From a virus: a stretch of DNA of 16,638 nucleotides. The stretch covers positions 1 to 16,638 of IMG/VR virus record IMGVR_UViG_3300045424_000027, one strand, 5' to 3'. Position numbers and translations under genes: made by a program. The notes under the pieces are model-generated. The model had not been told where the DNA came from, made no database searches, and saw only the letters and a program-made list of their open reading frames with translations. Positions 1-8,362 of the stretch are shown in pieces (positions within the stretch are counted from its first letter, which is position 1; each line of letters starts with the position of its first letter).

Positions 1-123
1 GAAGTATCCTTAGTAGCATTTCCCGCATACGACAAGGCTGAAGTACTTTCAGTCAGAGAAGAAACCAATCAGGAGGAAATATCCATGGAAAACACAACAC
101 CTGATTACACTTCAGCAATTGAG
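1..123. repeat. Terminal direct repeat, copy 1 (circular-closure overlap)
   Basis: Compared base by base, 1..123 is identical to 16516..16638. The repeat lies inside an open reading frame at the protease/capsid junction, not in non-coding DNA. Confidence 0.95.
71..76 (+). promoter_or_regulatory. Internal Shine-Dalgarno (AGGAGG) for independent capsid-protein initiation
   Basis: AGGAGG at 71..76 is followed by an 8-nt spacer and ATG at 85. It sits inside the still-open protease reading frame. The same site recurs at 16586..16591 in the second repeat copy. Confidence 0.7.
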
Positions 124-1113
124 GAAGTTCGTAATCACGCAGAACAGTTGGAGCGTAGACTTGATGTTATTGCATCAGAAAAAGCACCTTCAACTCCAGC
201 ACCACAATTCCGTTCATACGGACAATATGTAAAGGCAGTAGCATCAGGAGACCTTGATGCTTACCGTGTATTTACAGGAGCAGATTCAGCAGACACAATC
301 ATGAAGAACGCTTGGGTTTCAGATACAGTTCGTATCCTAAACGCAGGTCGTCCTACATACTCAGTATTCTCATCTGGCGCACTTCCACCAGACGGAATGA
401 ATGTTGAATACCCAAAAATTAATACAGACACAATTGATGTTGCAAATCAGGCTGCAGAAGGAGACACACTTGCTTATGGTAAGTTGACTCTTACTTCAGC
501 AACAGCACCAATCAAGACATACGGTGGTTACACAGATATGTCTCGTCAGGTAGTAGAGCGTTCATCAATCAACTATGTTGACACAGCATTCCGTGCAATG
601 GTTGCTAAGTATGCATCAGTTACAAACGCAGCAATGCGTCAGCAGTTAATCACAGATGCTGCAAACTTTAACTCATCAGCACTTGGTGCTTGGACTGCTG
701 CAGAAATCATTGATTCTCTTGCAGAAGCAGCAGTAAAGGTTAACGGAGATACTGGACTTCCACTTGAGTTCATCCTTGTCTCATCAGATGTATTCCGTTT
801 GATGGCTAAGACAGTTGATACAATGGACCGTCCAATTCTTTCAAACTCTGGTGCAACAGTTAACACATACGGTTCAATCAACCCAGTTGGTCTAACAGGA
901 AATGTTCTTGGCCTACCAATCGTAGTTGACCCATCACTTGCAGCACTTTCATTCTACGCAGGTAACTCAGCAGCAATCACAACTTACGAATCTGCTGGTG
1001 CACCATTCCGTCTAAATGACGAAGAAATCACAAATCTTACAAACTCATTCTCAGTTTACGGATACCTTGGTATTGCAGTAACTGACCCTAAGGCACTTTG
1101 CGTAATTGCATAA
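85..1113 (+). CDS. Major capsid protein, HK97-fold type (342 aa when started at the internal ATG)
   Basis: It lies directly after the portal and protease. Size is typical, codon usage is strongly biased, and the N-terminus is helical and charged (AIEEVRNHAEQLERRLDVI), like a short delta/scaffolding segment. Strong SD upstream. Family assignment is by synteny and general resemblance only. Confidence 0.8.
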   Translation: MENTTPDYTSAIEEVRNHAEQLERRLDVIASEKAPSTPAPQFRSYGQYVKAVASGDLDAYRVFTGADSADTIMKNAWVSDTVRILNAGRPTYSVFSSGALPPDGMNVEYPKINTDTIDVANQAAEGDTLAYGKLTLTSATAPIKTYGGYTDMSRQVVERSSINYVDTAFRAMVAKYASVTNAAMRQQLITDAANFNSSALGAWTAAEIIDSLAEAAVKVNGDTGLPLEFILVSSDVFRLMAKTVDTMDRPILSNSGATVNTYGSINPVGLTGNVLGLPIVVDPSLAALSFYAGNSAAITTYESAGAPFRLNDEEITNLTNSFSVYGYLGIAVTDPKALCVIA

Positions 1114-1141
1114 TTGCATAATTAATTAATAGGAGAAGAAT

Positions 1142-1441
1142 ATGGACTGGACAGACTTAAAAGCATATGTAGGTGCTTCATCTACTGATGACGCTTATGT
1201 AGAAGAATGCTGGGATACATCTAAGGATTTGGTTGCAAGTTATATTGCATCTACCAAAGTTCCTGTAGGTGTATTGAAGCGTTGCTACTTAGAAGTTGGT
1301 TCAGAACTTTTTCACCGTAGGAGTGCACCAATGGGTGTGTCTCAATATGCAACATATGACGGAGCACCGTTAAATACTGCAAGAGACCCACTTGTTGGTG
1401 TATATCCACTACTTAATAGATATATGGTGAGATTCGGATGA
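1142..1441 (+). CDS. Head-tail adaptor (gp6-like head-tail connector family)
   Basis: 99 aa, first gene after the capsid gene, with AGGAG 6 nt upstream of the ATG. The N-terminal pattern (LKAYVGASSTDDAYVEECWDTSKDLVASYI) and the basic/aromatic C-terminus are typical of gp6-like connectors. Confidence 0.65.
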   Translation: MDWTDLKAYVGASSTDDAYVEECWDTSKDLVASYIASTKVPVGVLKRCYLEVGSELFHRRSAPMGVSQYATYDGAPLNTARDPLVGVYPLLNRYMVRFG

Positions 1442-1821
1442 ATTTAGCAGGAGTAAGAAACGAACTTGAAAGTGCCATCATTCTTGGTGGTATCTCAAAG
1501 GTTTACAAATTTGTACCAGCAAGACCAGTTCCTCTTTGTGCAATCATGGAGCCAGATATTAACTTCATTACAGTTTATGAGAATCAGTATGATGCTGATT
1601 ATGCTACAAACTGGAAAGTTTTAATTCTTGTTCCTTATGCAACTAACGAAACAGAGACAGAAAATCTTGATGATGTACTTGACACTCTTATACCTGCAAT
1701 TTGGGAATACACAACAGCAAGAACATTAGTAGTAGATAAGCCATTTATACAAGAAGTAAATGGTGCAAGATTTTTAGCAACAAATATAAATATTCTAATA
1801 GACATTGAAGGAGGAAATTAA
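1438..1821 (+). CDS. Head-tail joining / tail completion protein (family unclear, DUF3168/gpU-like by pattern)
   Basis: 127 aa with an ATGA overlap onto the upstream gene and a position in the neck module. The N-terminal pattern (VRNELESAI..GGISKVYKFVPARPVPLCAIMEP) resembles tail terminator or completion proteins. Confidence 0.45.
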   Translation: MNLAGVRNELESAIILGGISKVYKFVPARPVPLCAIMEPDINFITVYENQYDADYATNWKVLILVPYATNETETENLDDVLDTLIPAIWEYTTARTLVVDKPFIQEVNGARFLATNINILIDIEGGN

Positions 1822-1822
1822 T

Positions 1823-2209
1823 ATGTCAAGAATTAAAGGCAAATCAATTATTTTTGAAGTTGACAGCGTAGAGTATTCAGGCTCAGTGAGTAATGTAACA
1901 TTCTCATCTGCAGTTGGAACACTTGGGTTTGGAGACTATGTAGATAGTTTAGATTTCACATGTGCAGTCACTGGTTTTCAGGATGTACAAGCAGTATCAC
2001 TTTGGAGTGAATTGTTTGACAATCCTGGAGCAACAGTAGATATCACATACGCACCACACGGAAATGCAGTAGCAACTTCAACACAACCACACTTTACAGC
2101 AACTGGTTATGCTGAGACTATACCAAATCTTGGTGGAGCAGCAGGCGAATACTTCGTCTACGATATTAACTTTATTCTAACTGGCAAGCCAGTACGAGTA
2201 ACAGCATAA
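1823..2209 (+). CDS. Putative major tail protein (small, 128 aa)
   Basis: The ORF track starts at TTG 1805, but ATG 1823 lies 8 nt after GAAGGAGG (1807..1814) and directly after the upstream stop at 1819..1821. Position after the terminator-like gene and a beta-rich sequence support the call. Function is inferred from position only. Confidence 0.4.
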   Translation: MSRIKGKSIIFEVDSVEYSGSVSNVTFSSAVGTLGFGDYVDSLDFTCAVTGFQDVQAVSLWSELFDNPGATVDITYAPHGNAVATSTQPHFTATGYAETIPNLGGAAGEYFVYDINFILTGKPVRVTA

Positions 2210-2224
2210 TTAAATAAGGTCGCT

Positions 2225-2605
2225 ATGGCAGGAGTTAGTTTAACTATAAGTGGAACAAAAGAAGTAGAACAAACATTAAACAAGTTTGAAAAAACTGTTA
2301 AAGATGCTAACTCTACTAACAAAGAACTTGGTTCCATGCTTGTTAAAGAGGCTTCTGCCTTAGCACCAGAAAGAACTGGAAGCCTTCGTAAATCAATTAG
2401 GTACGAGGCTACAGATAGTCAGGTTCAAATCTATGCAGGCAATGAAAGAGTAACATATGCTCCAATCATTGAGTATGGATGGCAGGCAGGCAACAGAGAA
2501 CCAAATCGTTTCATTGGTCGTGCAGTTAACGACAATATGAAAACAATCGTGCAAAAGTACGATGACTTAGTAAATGATTCAATAAAGAAGTACGACTTAG
2601 ACTAA
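2225..2605 (+). CDS. HK97 gp10-like neck/tail component
   Basis: 126 aa containing APERTGSLRKSI ... YAPIIEYGW. This matches the remembered signature of the HK97-gp10-like family (P..TG.Lr.SI ... YA..vE.G). Confidence 0.6.
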   Translation: MAGVSLTISGTKEVEQTLNKFEKTVKDANSTNKELGSMLVKEASALAPERTGSLRKSIRYEATDSQVQIYAGNERVTYAPIIEYGWQAGNREPNRFIGRAVNDNMKTIVQKYDDLVNDSIKKYDLD

Positions 2606-2619
2606 CAGGAGGCAGTAAA

Positions 2620-2874
2620 ATGGAGAACTTTGATTTAATGAACACTCTTAAGTGGAAAGAACTTACAGAGGTTGAAGAGTATTTAGATTTACCAATGGAC
2701 GAATGGACTAATGCAAAGTCCAAGTCAAAATTAGCATTCGCAATGCAATATATGATGGCAAAGCGAAACAACCCAACCCTTACAATGGTAGAAGCCGAAG
2801 ATATGTCAATTCAAGAGTTGACAGAACTTGCAGGAGTTGAATTCACTGTCCCAAAAGAAGTGAATCCAGCCTAA
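2620..2874 (+). CDS. Tail assembly chaperone, short (G-like) product, 84 aa
   Basis: AGGAGG lies 7 nt upstream. The protein is acidic and sits immediately upstream of the tape measure. It contains the slippery heptamer near its 3' end. Confidence 0.7.
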   Translation: MENFDLMNTLKWKELTEVEEYLDLPMDEWTNAKSKSKLAFAMQYMMAKRNNPTLTMVEAEDMSIQELTELAGVEFTVPKEVNPA

Positions 2875-2993
2875 ACAAGATGGCTGAGTTCTGTGTAGAA
2901 ACAGGATTCACGCCAGATATGTTTTGGGAACTAACACTGGAAGAATACGGTGCAATTGTAACTGCAGTTAACAGGAGGAACAAAAATGGCTAA
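2620..2993 (+). CDS. Tail assembly chaperone, frameshift-extended (GT-like) product, about 124 aa
   Basis: The -1 frame holds a 37-codon ORF (ATG 2880..stop 2993) that is below the ORF-track cutoff. Its sequence FTPDMFWELTLEEYGAIV resembles the conserved motif of phage tail assembly chaperone T-segments. Its stop overlaps the tape-measure start (aATGGCTAA). Confidence 0.55.
2850..2856 (+). promoter_or_regulatory. -1 programmed ribosomal frameshift slippery heptamer C_CCA_AAA
   Basis: The zero-frame codons are CCA (2851..2853) and AAA (2854..2856), preceded by C 2850. This is X_XXY_YYZ. The -1 frame is open from 2841 to 2993. An 8-bp stem, GTGAATCC (2860..2867) with GGATTCAC (2904..2911), starts 3 nt downstream. 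Confidence 0.6.
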
Positions 2994-4563
2994 TCAAATT
3001 AAGATAGACATTGTTGCAGAGACCTCCAAATTAACTTCTGGCATTAATGATGCTAATGGCCAGATTGATGGCATGTCAAACAAACTTAAAGGGGCTGCTG
3101 CTGCTGCTGGTGCTGCAGCCTCTGCATTTGTTTTAAAGCAAGGTATCACATTCTTAAAGCAAGGTATTGATGAAGCCAAAGAAGCAGCAGAAACAATGCG
3201 AGCAGCCACAACAACATTTGGTGAAGGCTCTGTTGCACTTGAAAAGATTACTGCTGATGCTGATGCTTTTGGTAAAGCAATTGCAGTTGACAACGATGTA
3301 ATTATACAATTAGCAACACAATTAGGTTCTCGTTTACCTGCAGATTCAAAAATCTTGTCTGCAGAATTAGTTAACCTTGCATTTGATGTTGAAGCATTTA
3401 CAGGTGGTGCAGTTAGTGCTGATGCTGTAACTGGAAAGTTAGCAAAAGCATTTGCAGATGGAAAATTAAAAGCATCAGAGTTAACCAAGATAATTCCTGA
3501 TTTAGATGCAGCAACTTATGCAATGGCAGAAACAATGTCTGCTGCTGGAGATAACCAAGGTGCACTTAACTTACTTATTGAAGCAGGACAAAAGAAGTAT
3601 GGAGATGCAGCAGAAAAGAATGTTACTTCATCACAAAAGTTTGAAACAGCATTAGCAAACTTAAAAGAAATGCTTGGCACAAAAGTTTTACCTATATTAG
3701 AAAAAGGAATTGATTTCCTTACCAAGATGATTGAAGCATTTGATTCGCTTCCTGGCCCTGTTCAAAATGTAATTATTGGATTAACAGCACTTGTTGCAAT
3801 TGGCGGAATTACTGTAACATTCTTAGCAAGCATGAAAACAGCAATGGTTACGCTTGGAATTGTTAATGGAACAACTGCCACAAGCGTTGGACTTGTAACT
3901 ATAGCAACTAACTTATTAAAGATTGCATTAGCAGGAATTGGTATTGGATTAATTATTGCAGCAATTGTTTTGCTTTATCAAAACTGGGATAAGGTTACAG
4001 CAGCAGTTAGCAAGTTTTGGGAAATAATTAAAGATGTTGTTCCAAAGGCTTGGAATAAAGTATTAGAACTAAAAGACAAGATTGTTGGATTTGTTGGAGA
4101 CATAATTGAAGTATACTTGTCAATCCCTGCAAAAATGCTTGGCATTGGTAAAGATATTGTTTACGGAATTTGGAACGGTATCCAATCAGTAGCAGGATGG
4201 TTAAAGACAAAGGTATTTGACTTCTTTGGTAACTTGGTTCCATCATGGGCAAAGAAAGTTTTAGGTATTGGTTCTCCATCCAAAGTGTTTGCTCGTTACG
4301 GTAGATTTATTGTAGAAGGTCTTGCTGTTGGTATTGAACGCTCTGCTGACCTTGCAAAGGCTGCTACAGAAGGTCTTGGACTTCAAACAATTGGTGCTTT
4401 TCCAACTGTTGCAACACCAAGATTTCAAGGTGGAACAACTGGAGCAGGAGCATTTAACATTACAATTAATGCAGGACTTGGGACTAACGGTGCAGCCCTT
4501 GGTCGTGAGGTATCAAGTGCAATTAGGCAATACGGCAAAGTAAGTACGAGGGCAACTTTCTAA
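2986..4563 (+). CDS. Tail tape measure protein (525 aa)
   Basis: The N-terminal half is Ala-rich and helical. A central block of hydrophobic segments follows (VIIGLTALVAIGGITVTFL ... IALAGIGIGLIIAAIVLLY). The C-terminus has GIGSPSKVFARYGRFIVEGLAVGI. It lies downstream of the chaperone pair. Confidence 0.85.
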   Translation: MANQIKIDIVAETSKLTSGINDANGQIDGMSNKLKGAAAAAGAAASAFVLKQGITFLKQGIDEAKEAAETMRAATTTFGEGSVALEKITADADAFGKAIAVDNDVIIQLATQLGSRLPADSKILSAELVNLAFDVEAFTGGAVSADAVTGKLAKAFADGKLKASELTKIIPDLDAATYAMAETMSAAGDNQGALNLLIEAGQKKYGDAAEKNVTSSQKFETALANLKEMLGTKVLPILEKGIDFLTKMIEAFDSLPGPVQNVIIGLTALVAIGGITVTFLASMKTAMVTLGIVNGTTATSVGLVTIATNLLKIALAGIGIGLIIAAIVLLYQNWDKVTAAVSKFWEIIKDVVPKAWNKVLELKDKIVGFVGDIIEVYLSIPAKMLGIGKDIVYGIWNGIQSVAGWLKTKVFDFFGNLVPSWAKKVLGIGSPSKVFARYGRFIVEGLAVGIERSADLAKAATEGLGLQTIGAFPTVATPRFQGGTTGAGAFNITINAGLGTNGAALGREVSSAIRQYGKVSTRATF

Positions 4564-7500
4564 TGCTACTTGTAGATATTTTTAAAGTATTTTTATATCC
4601 AGATTCAGAATCAATTCTAGATTCAGAAGATGAAGGCGAAGATATAACTTCTGGCATTTTAAATGTTGATATTCAATACGGAACAAACGCATATGAAGGC
4701 CCACAGGAACAAATAGATAGCGGTCAATTTACAATTGTAACTCGTAACCCAAACCTTGACCCAAAAATTAATCCTAACTTAAAATACAATTCAGCAATTA
4801 AGTTTTGGGATGAAAGGTCTGGAGAATTTTTTAGAGGGTATGTAACAGATGTTCAAGTAGAATATCAAAGAAAAGATAATCCAATAATTACAATTATAGG
4901 AACAGATATCTTTGGTATGATGCAAAGTTATTTAATTACCAAAGAAATTCAAGATGAGATTATGTCTCTTAGTTCTGAAGGTTGGGGTGGAGTAACCTTT
5001 ACCGATTTTCTTTCATATATAACTGATTTTACTGGAAAATATTTAAATCTTGATATAGTTGTTCCAGGAAATCTTTCTATATCTAATGGATTTTGGTTTG
5101 ATTCAAGTCAGTCATTTATTCAAAAAAGCGAGTCAGCATTGTTAGATTACGCTCCAGCACAATATATTCCTCAAGTTGGAGAAACATATTTAGATGTAAT
5201 AAATAAATATGCTCAAACAAATTTAACTTCTTTTTCAGCAAGAGGAGATTTTAATTATCAGGCTATAACCGTTTATTCATTTCCAAAATATAATCCTTAT
5301 GTTTGGCCATCACAACAAGACCCAATGTTAACATACACAACTTATGATTTTAGTTCTGATGCTAATGACGACAAATCTTATGAAACCATATTAATTGATA
5401 ATGGGTATAATAGAGTAATTAGTCAATTAGATATATCTAATGAATATACATCTGTAAATGCTGGTGTAAGACAAGTTGAATCACAAAATCTTGCAAGAAT
5501 ATCTGATGAATCAATACAAAGTTATTTAGTTTCTGCAGCAAGCATATCAACAATCTATCCAGAAAATGCACAATTAGATATAAATCTTTCTGATTGGGCA
5601 GATGGTTATTCAAAAAATGTATTTCAAGTAACTTTGTCGCCAACTCAAGAAATAGAACAAATTACATTTAACAATGCAAGATATGAAGATATAGAAAATA
5701 ATTTTTCATATTCTGATTATGACCTTAACAGAATGATAAGAATAAAGCACCAAATTAATGATACTGAAACTATTGATAAAGTCTATGACATTAGCGGTGT
5801 TCGTCATAATATTAATGTAGATAGATGGGAAATGGGTTTTAACTTAAAACCGTCTGCAAAAGAACTTATATTTAATTATCAAGGACAAATTCCTACAATT
5901 GAAATGAACTCTTTAAGTGGAGATTCAAATTTTAATTTTACTGCAACAATTACAGATTTTCCTACAGAAACTATTGATAAAGTTATTTGGTGTTTAAATG
6001 GAACAAATATCAATGTAGAGGAACAATGGGCTATTTCAGGAAATGGTACAAGATATAAAAATTCTTTACAAAGAAATGGATTAAGTCAGACTTGGAACTT
6101 TGACGATGATGGAATTCTTGCAGATGTACCAAATGGTGGTTATGGAACTGGTCAATGGTATGTAATACCTTATATTATTTTAAATACTGGATGGGTAATT
6201 GCTCCAAATGTTATGTTAACTGTTGGTACTCCAGCAGTAGAAGCAAGATTTACTTGGGAACAAAACTTAACAAATAACTTTGGCCAAGTAGCATTTACTG
6301 ATGATTCACGCAATAATGAAACTGGAGAAGTTGATTCTTATCTTTGGGATTTTGGAGATGGAAATACATCTAGTTTACAAAACCCAGTACATCAATACGA
6401 CCCTTCGCCAAGTACAACCACATATAGTACAAGCCTAACTGTATTTGCTTACGGAGACGGTGGAGTTAAAGTTTATAATACAGACCCACAAACAGTAACA
6501 CTTGTGCAACCAGCAATGACTGCAAACTTTACATTTATTCAAACTCCTTATACAGGATTAGTTACATTTACAGATACATCAGTAAATGTTGGATTTGAAG
6601 AAGCAGATGCATATCTTTGGGATTTTGGTGATGGTACAACCTCTACATTAAAAAATCCTTCTCATATATTTGTTTCAACCGAAAATGTACCTATAACATA
6701 TTCTGTATCTTTAACAGTCAGAAATATTTGGGAGCAAACAGCATCTGTTACAAAATCAGTTATAGTTAATGCATTAAATGATGCAGGTTCGTTGTCTGTA
6801 AGTAATTTAAGATTAACTATTGATAATTACAATACAGTAACTCCTTCTCCAAATGTTCCAAAATATCCTTATATGATTTTTCTTAGAGCAAGAACATCTT
6901 ACACTCAGGCTAATTTAGTTTATTTGGCACAAACATCTAGAACTGGCACAACATCAAATGTGGTTTGGTATGAAGCAGACGGAACTACTGCAGAAGCAGT
7001 AGACCCATACAATTTAACTAGAGACCCAGCCATTACACCAACAAGTCAATATGGATTAAGTCCTTGGATAAATAACACAACAAGTCAATCAACAAAGTTT
7101 GTACTAAACACCGATGTTAATAATTCTCAAAACATAAAAAATATTCAAATGACATTAAGAGATATTGATAGTAGTGGTTCTGGTGGAGCAACACAAAATC
7201 CAATAGTTAATGTTGATGTTCCAGATTCTTTTGGTGGATATGTTAATATTGGTTACTTTAAAGTACCTGCTGGCAAAATTAATCCAAGTGTTCCTTTCAA
7301 TGTTGTATCTGAAGGCTTAAAAACAATGATACCAAGACGACCAATGCCACCAAATATTCCTTACTTTAAATATACATTTGACAACTTAACTGCATCATTT
7401 CAATCTATGGAAACAGCAGACTCTTATGCATGGACATTTGGTGATGGAACAACTTCTACATCACAAAATCCAACAAAAACATTTTCTAGTCGTGGAACAT

Positions 7501-8144
7501 ACAATGTAACTCTTGCTGTAACAACTGGCGGTATTGTAACAAGAACAACTACTGAACCTGTAATAGTAGAAGCCATTGCACCATTTGATGTTAGATATGT
7601 AAAGTTTGAACAAAATGAACATGATGGAACACATGCATTTGATACTCCGTGGTTAGCAAACTTTAAAATGAAAAATATTCAAGATAGCCTAAATAGTTAT
7701 ATAGTTTATACATCTGGCGCACCATATGAAGCATTAGAAGTTGGTAAAACTGTTGCTAAAGAAGATTTTTACTCAATGCAATATACTCCAAGTGATGGTT
7801 CTTTTTCATTTAATCCTACAACAAATCCATATTGGTTTAGACTTATGAATAGTGATGATGGATTAAGAGTAAAGTCTCTTGATGCAGGGTTTTTAACAAA
7901 ATGGAATTTAATTTGTGATTTTAGACAAGCATGGAAAAATGTTTCAGATTTTACTGTTGATGTTGCTTTAGCAAATATTTCTCCAAATCCAACTGTTGCA
8001 TCAGGAATATCTTATTCAGTATATGTAACTAATCATACTGGTTCAACCATTGACCCAAATGCAGTTACTTGGACTAAAGTTGGAGATATTACTCCTACGG
8101 CAATGACACAACTAGCAAAAACATATTCAATAGTACCATCATAA
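4563..8144 (+). CDS. Large tail tip protein: Dit-like N-terminus, PKD-type repeats, and putative lectin-like C-terminal domains (1193 aa)
   Basis: TAATG overlap with the tape measure. The N-terminal roughly 120 aa resembles siphovirus distal tail proteins. There are three clear PKD signatures: YLWDFGDGNTSSLQNP (aa 593..), YLWDFGDGTTSTLKNP (aa 684..) and YAWTFGDGTTSTSQNP (aa 955..). One degenerate copy lies around aa 455-485. Confidence 0.8.
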   Translation: MLLVDIFKVFLYPDSESILDSEDEGEDITSGILNVDIQYGTNAYEGPQEQIDSGQFTIVTRNPNLDPKINPNLKYNSAIKFWDERSGEFFRGYVTDVQVEYQRKDNPIITIIGTDIFGMMQSYLITKEIQDEIMSLSSEGWGGVTFTDFLSYITDFTGKYLNLDIVVPGNLSISNGFWFDSSQSFIQKSESALLDYAPAQYIPQVGETYLDVINKYAQTNLTSFSARGDFNYQAITVYSFPKYNPYVWPSQQDPMLTYTTYDFSSDANDDKSYETILIDNGYNRVISQLDISNEYTSVNAGVRQVESQNLARISDESIQSYLVSAASISTIYPENAQLDINLSDWADGYSKNVFQVTLSPTQEIEQITFNNARYEDIENNFSYSDYDLNRMIRIKHQINDTETIDKVYDISGVRHNINVDRWEMGFNLKPSAKELIFNYQGQIPTIEMNSLSGDSNFNFTATITDFPTETIDKVIWCLNGTNINVEEQWAISGNGTRYKNSLQRNGLSQTWNFDDDGILADVPNGGYGTGQWYVIPYIILNTGWVIAPNVMLTVGTPAVEARFTWEQNLTNNFGQVAFTDDSRNNETGEVDSYLWDFGDGNTSSLQNPVHQYDPSPSTTTYSTSLTVFAYGDGGVKVYNTDPQTVTLVQPAMTANFTFIQTPYTGLVTFTDTSVNVGFEEADAYLWDFGDGTTSTLKNPSHIFVSTENVPITYSVSLTVRNIWEQTASVTKSVIVNALNDAGSLSVSNLRLTIDNYNTVTPSPNVPKYPYMIFLRARTSYTQANLVYLAQTSRTGTTSNVVWYEADGTTAEAVDPYNLTRDPAITPTSQYGLSPWINNTTSQSTKFVLNTDVNNSQNIKNIQMTLRDIDSSGSGGATQNPIVNVDVPDSFGGYVNIGYFKVPAGKINPSVPFNVVSEGLKTMIPRRPMPPNIPYFKYTFDNLTASFQSMETADSYAWTFGDGTTSTSQNPTKTFSSRGTYNVTLAVTTGGIVTRTTTEPVIVEAIAPFDVRYVKFEQNEHDGTHAFDTPWLANFKMKNIQDSLNSYIVYTSGAPYEALEVGKTVAKEDFYSMQYTPSDGSFSFNPTTNPYWFRLMNSDDGLRVKSLDAGFLTKWNLICDFRQAWKNVSDFTVDVALANISPNPTVASGISYSVYVTNHTGSTIDPNAVTWTKVGDITPTAMTQLAKTYSIVPS

Positions 8145-8170
8145 CTTTCTGGCTGCCTCCAGAAATGCAG

Positions 8171-8207
8171 AACCCTCCTACGATGTCTGATAACTAATAG
8201 GAGGGTT
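8171..8207. terminator. Bidirectional hairpin between convergent genes
   Basis: Perfect 10-bp stem, AACCCTCCTA (8171..8180) with TAGGAGGGTT (8198..8207), and a 17-nt loop. It is followed by TCTGTTATTT on the + strand and lies between the stops at 8144 (+) and 8216 (-). Confidence 0.6.
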
Positions 8208-8215
8208 TCTGTTAT

Positions 8216-8362
8216 TTAATCTTCTAAACTTGGTTGCACCTCTGGCAGTAGTTCTACCGTAATCGTTTTAGATTCTTTCTGCTTTACTTTAGGTCTCTTT
8301 GTATCGTAGTCCCAATCTTTAACTGGAATCAGTTTGCCTTCGTAATATACATTTTTAGCCAT
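8216..8362 (-). CDS. Small basic hypothetical protein (48 aa from ATG 8362)
   Basis: The track ORF starts at 8398, but ATG 8362 overlaps the upstream stop (cATGGCTAA) and follows AAGGAG, which implies translational coupling. The protein is hydrophilic and Lys-rich, with no recognisable family. Confidence 0.5.
   Translation of the reverse strand: MAKNVYYEGKLIPVKDWDYDTKRPKVKQKESKTITVELLPEVQPSLED

Noticed and set aside
1-123. The 123-bp terminal repeat interpreted as a physical direct terminal repeat (T7-like DTR) or as att/LTR-type element ends
   Set aside because: It lies in the middle of a continuous protease-capsid reading frame, and both copies are truncated only by the window ends. That is what a circular assembly overlap looks like. 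Physical ends are more plausibly in the non-coding HNH/TerS junction.
639-881. 80-aa minus-strand ORF in the capsid gene, plus similar small antisense ORFs at 2526..2771, 5437..5643 and 12341..12562
   Set aside because: All are antisense to tightly packed + strand genes that have good ribosome-binding sites. They have no SD or motif support.
1805-1822. TTG starts proposed by the ORF track at 1805 and at 8600
   Set aside because: In both cases an in-frame ATG (1823 and 8612) lies at proper distance from a strong GGAGG-type SD, and that SD is itself contained in the TTG-extended version. The ATG starts are preferred.
2985-2993. The identical AATGGCTAA start/stop overlap used both here (chaperone T-segment stop / tape measure start) and on the minus strand at 8355..8363
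   Set aside because: A 9-nt coincidence built from a common overlap type (ATG..TAA) is plausible by chance. There is no extended similarity around the two sites.
2994-3488. 164-aa minus-strand ORF, plus 3516..3725, 4028..4279 (both minus) and 4322..4543 (+), all inside the tape measure gene
   Set aside because: They are embedded in, or antisense to, the tape measure gene. The Ala-rich GCN codon bias of that gene keeps other frames open. None has start signals.
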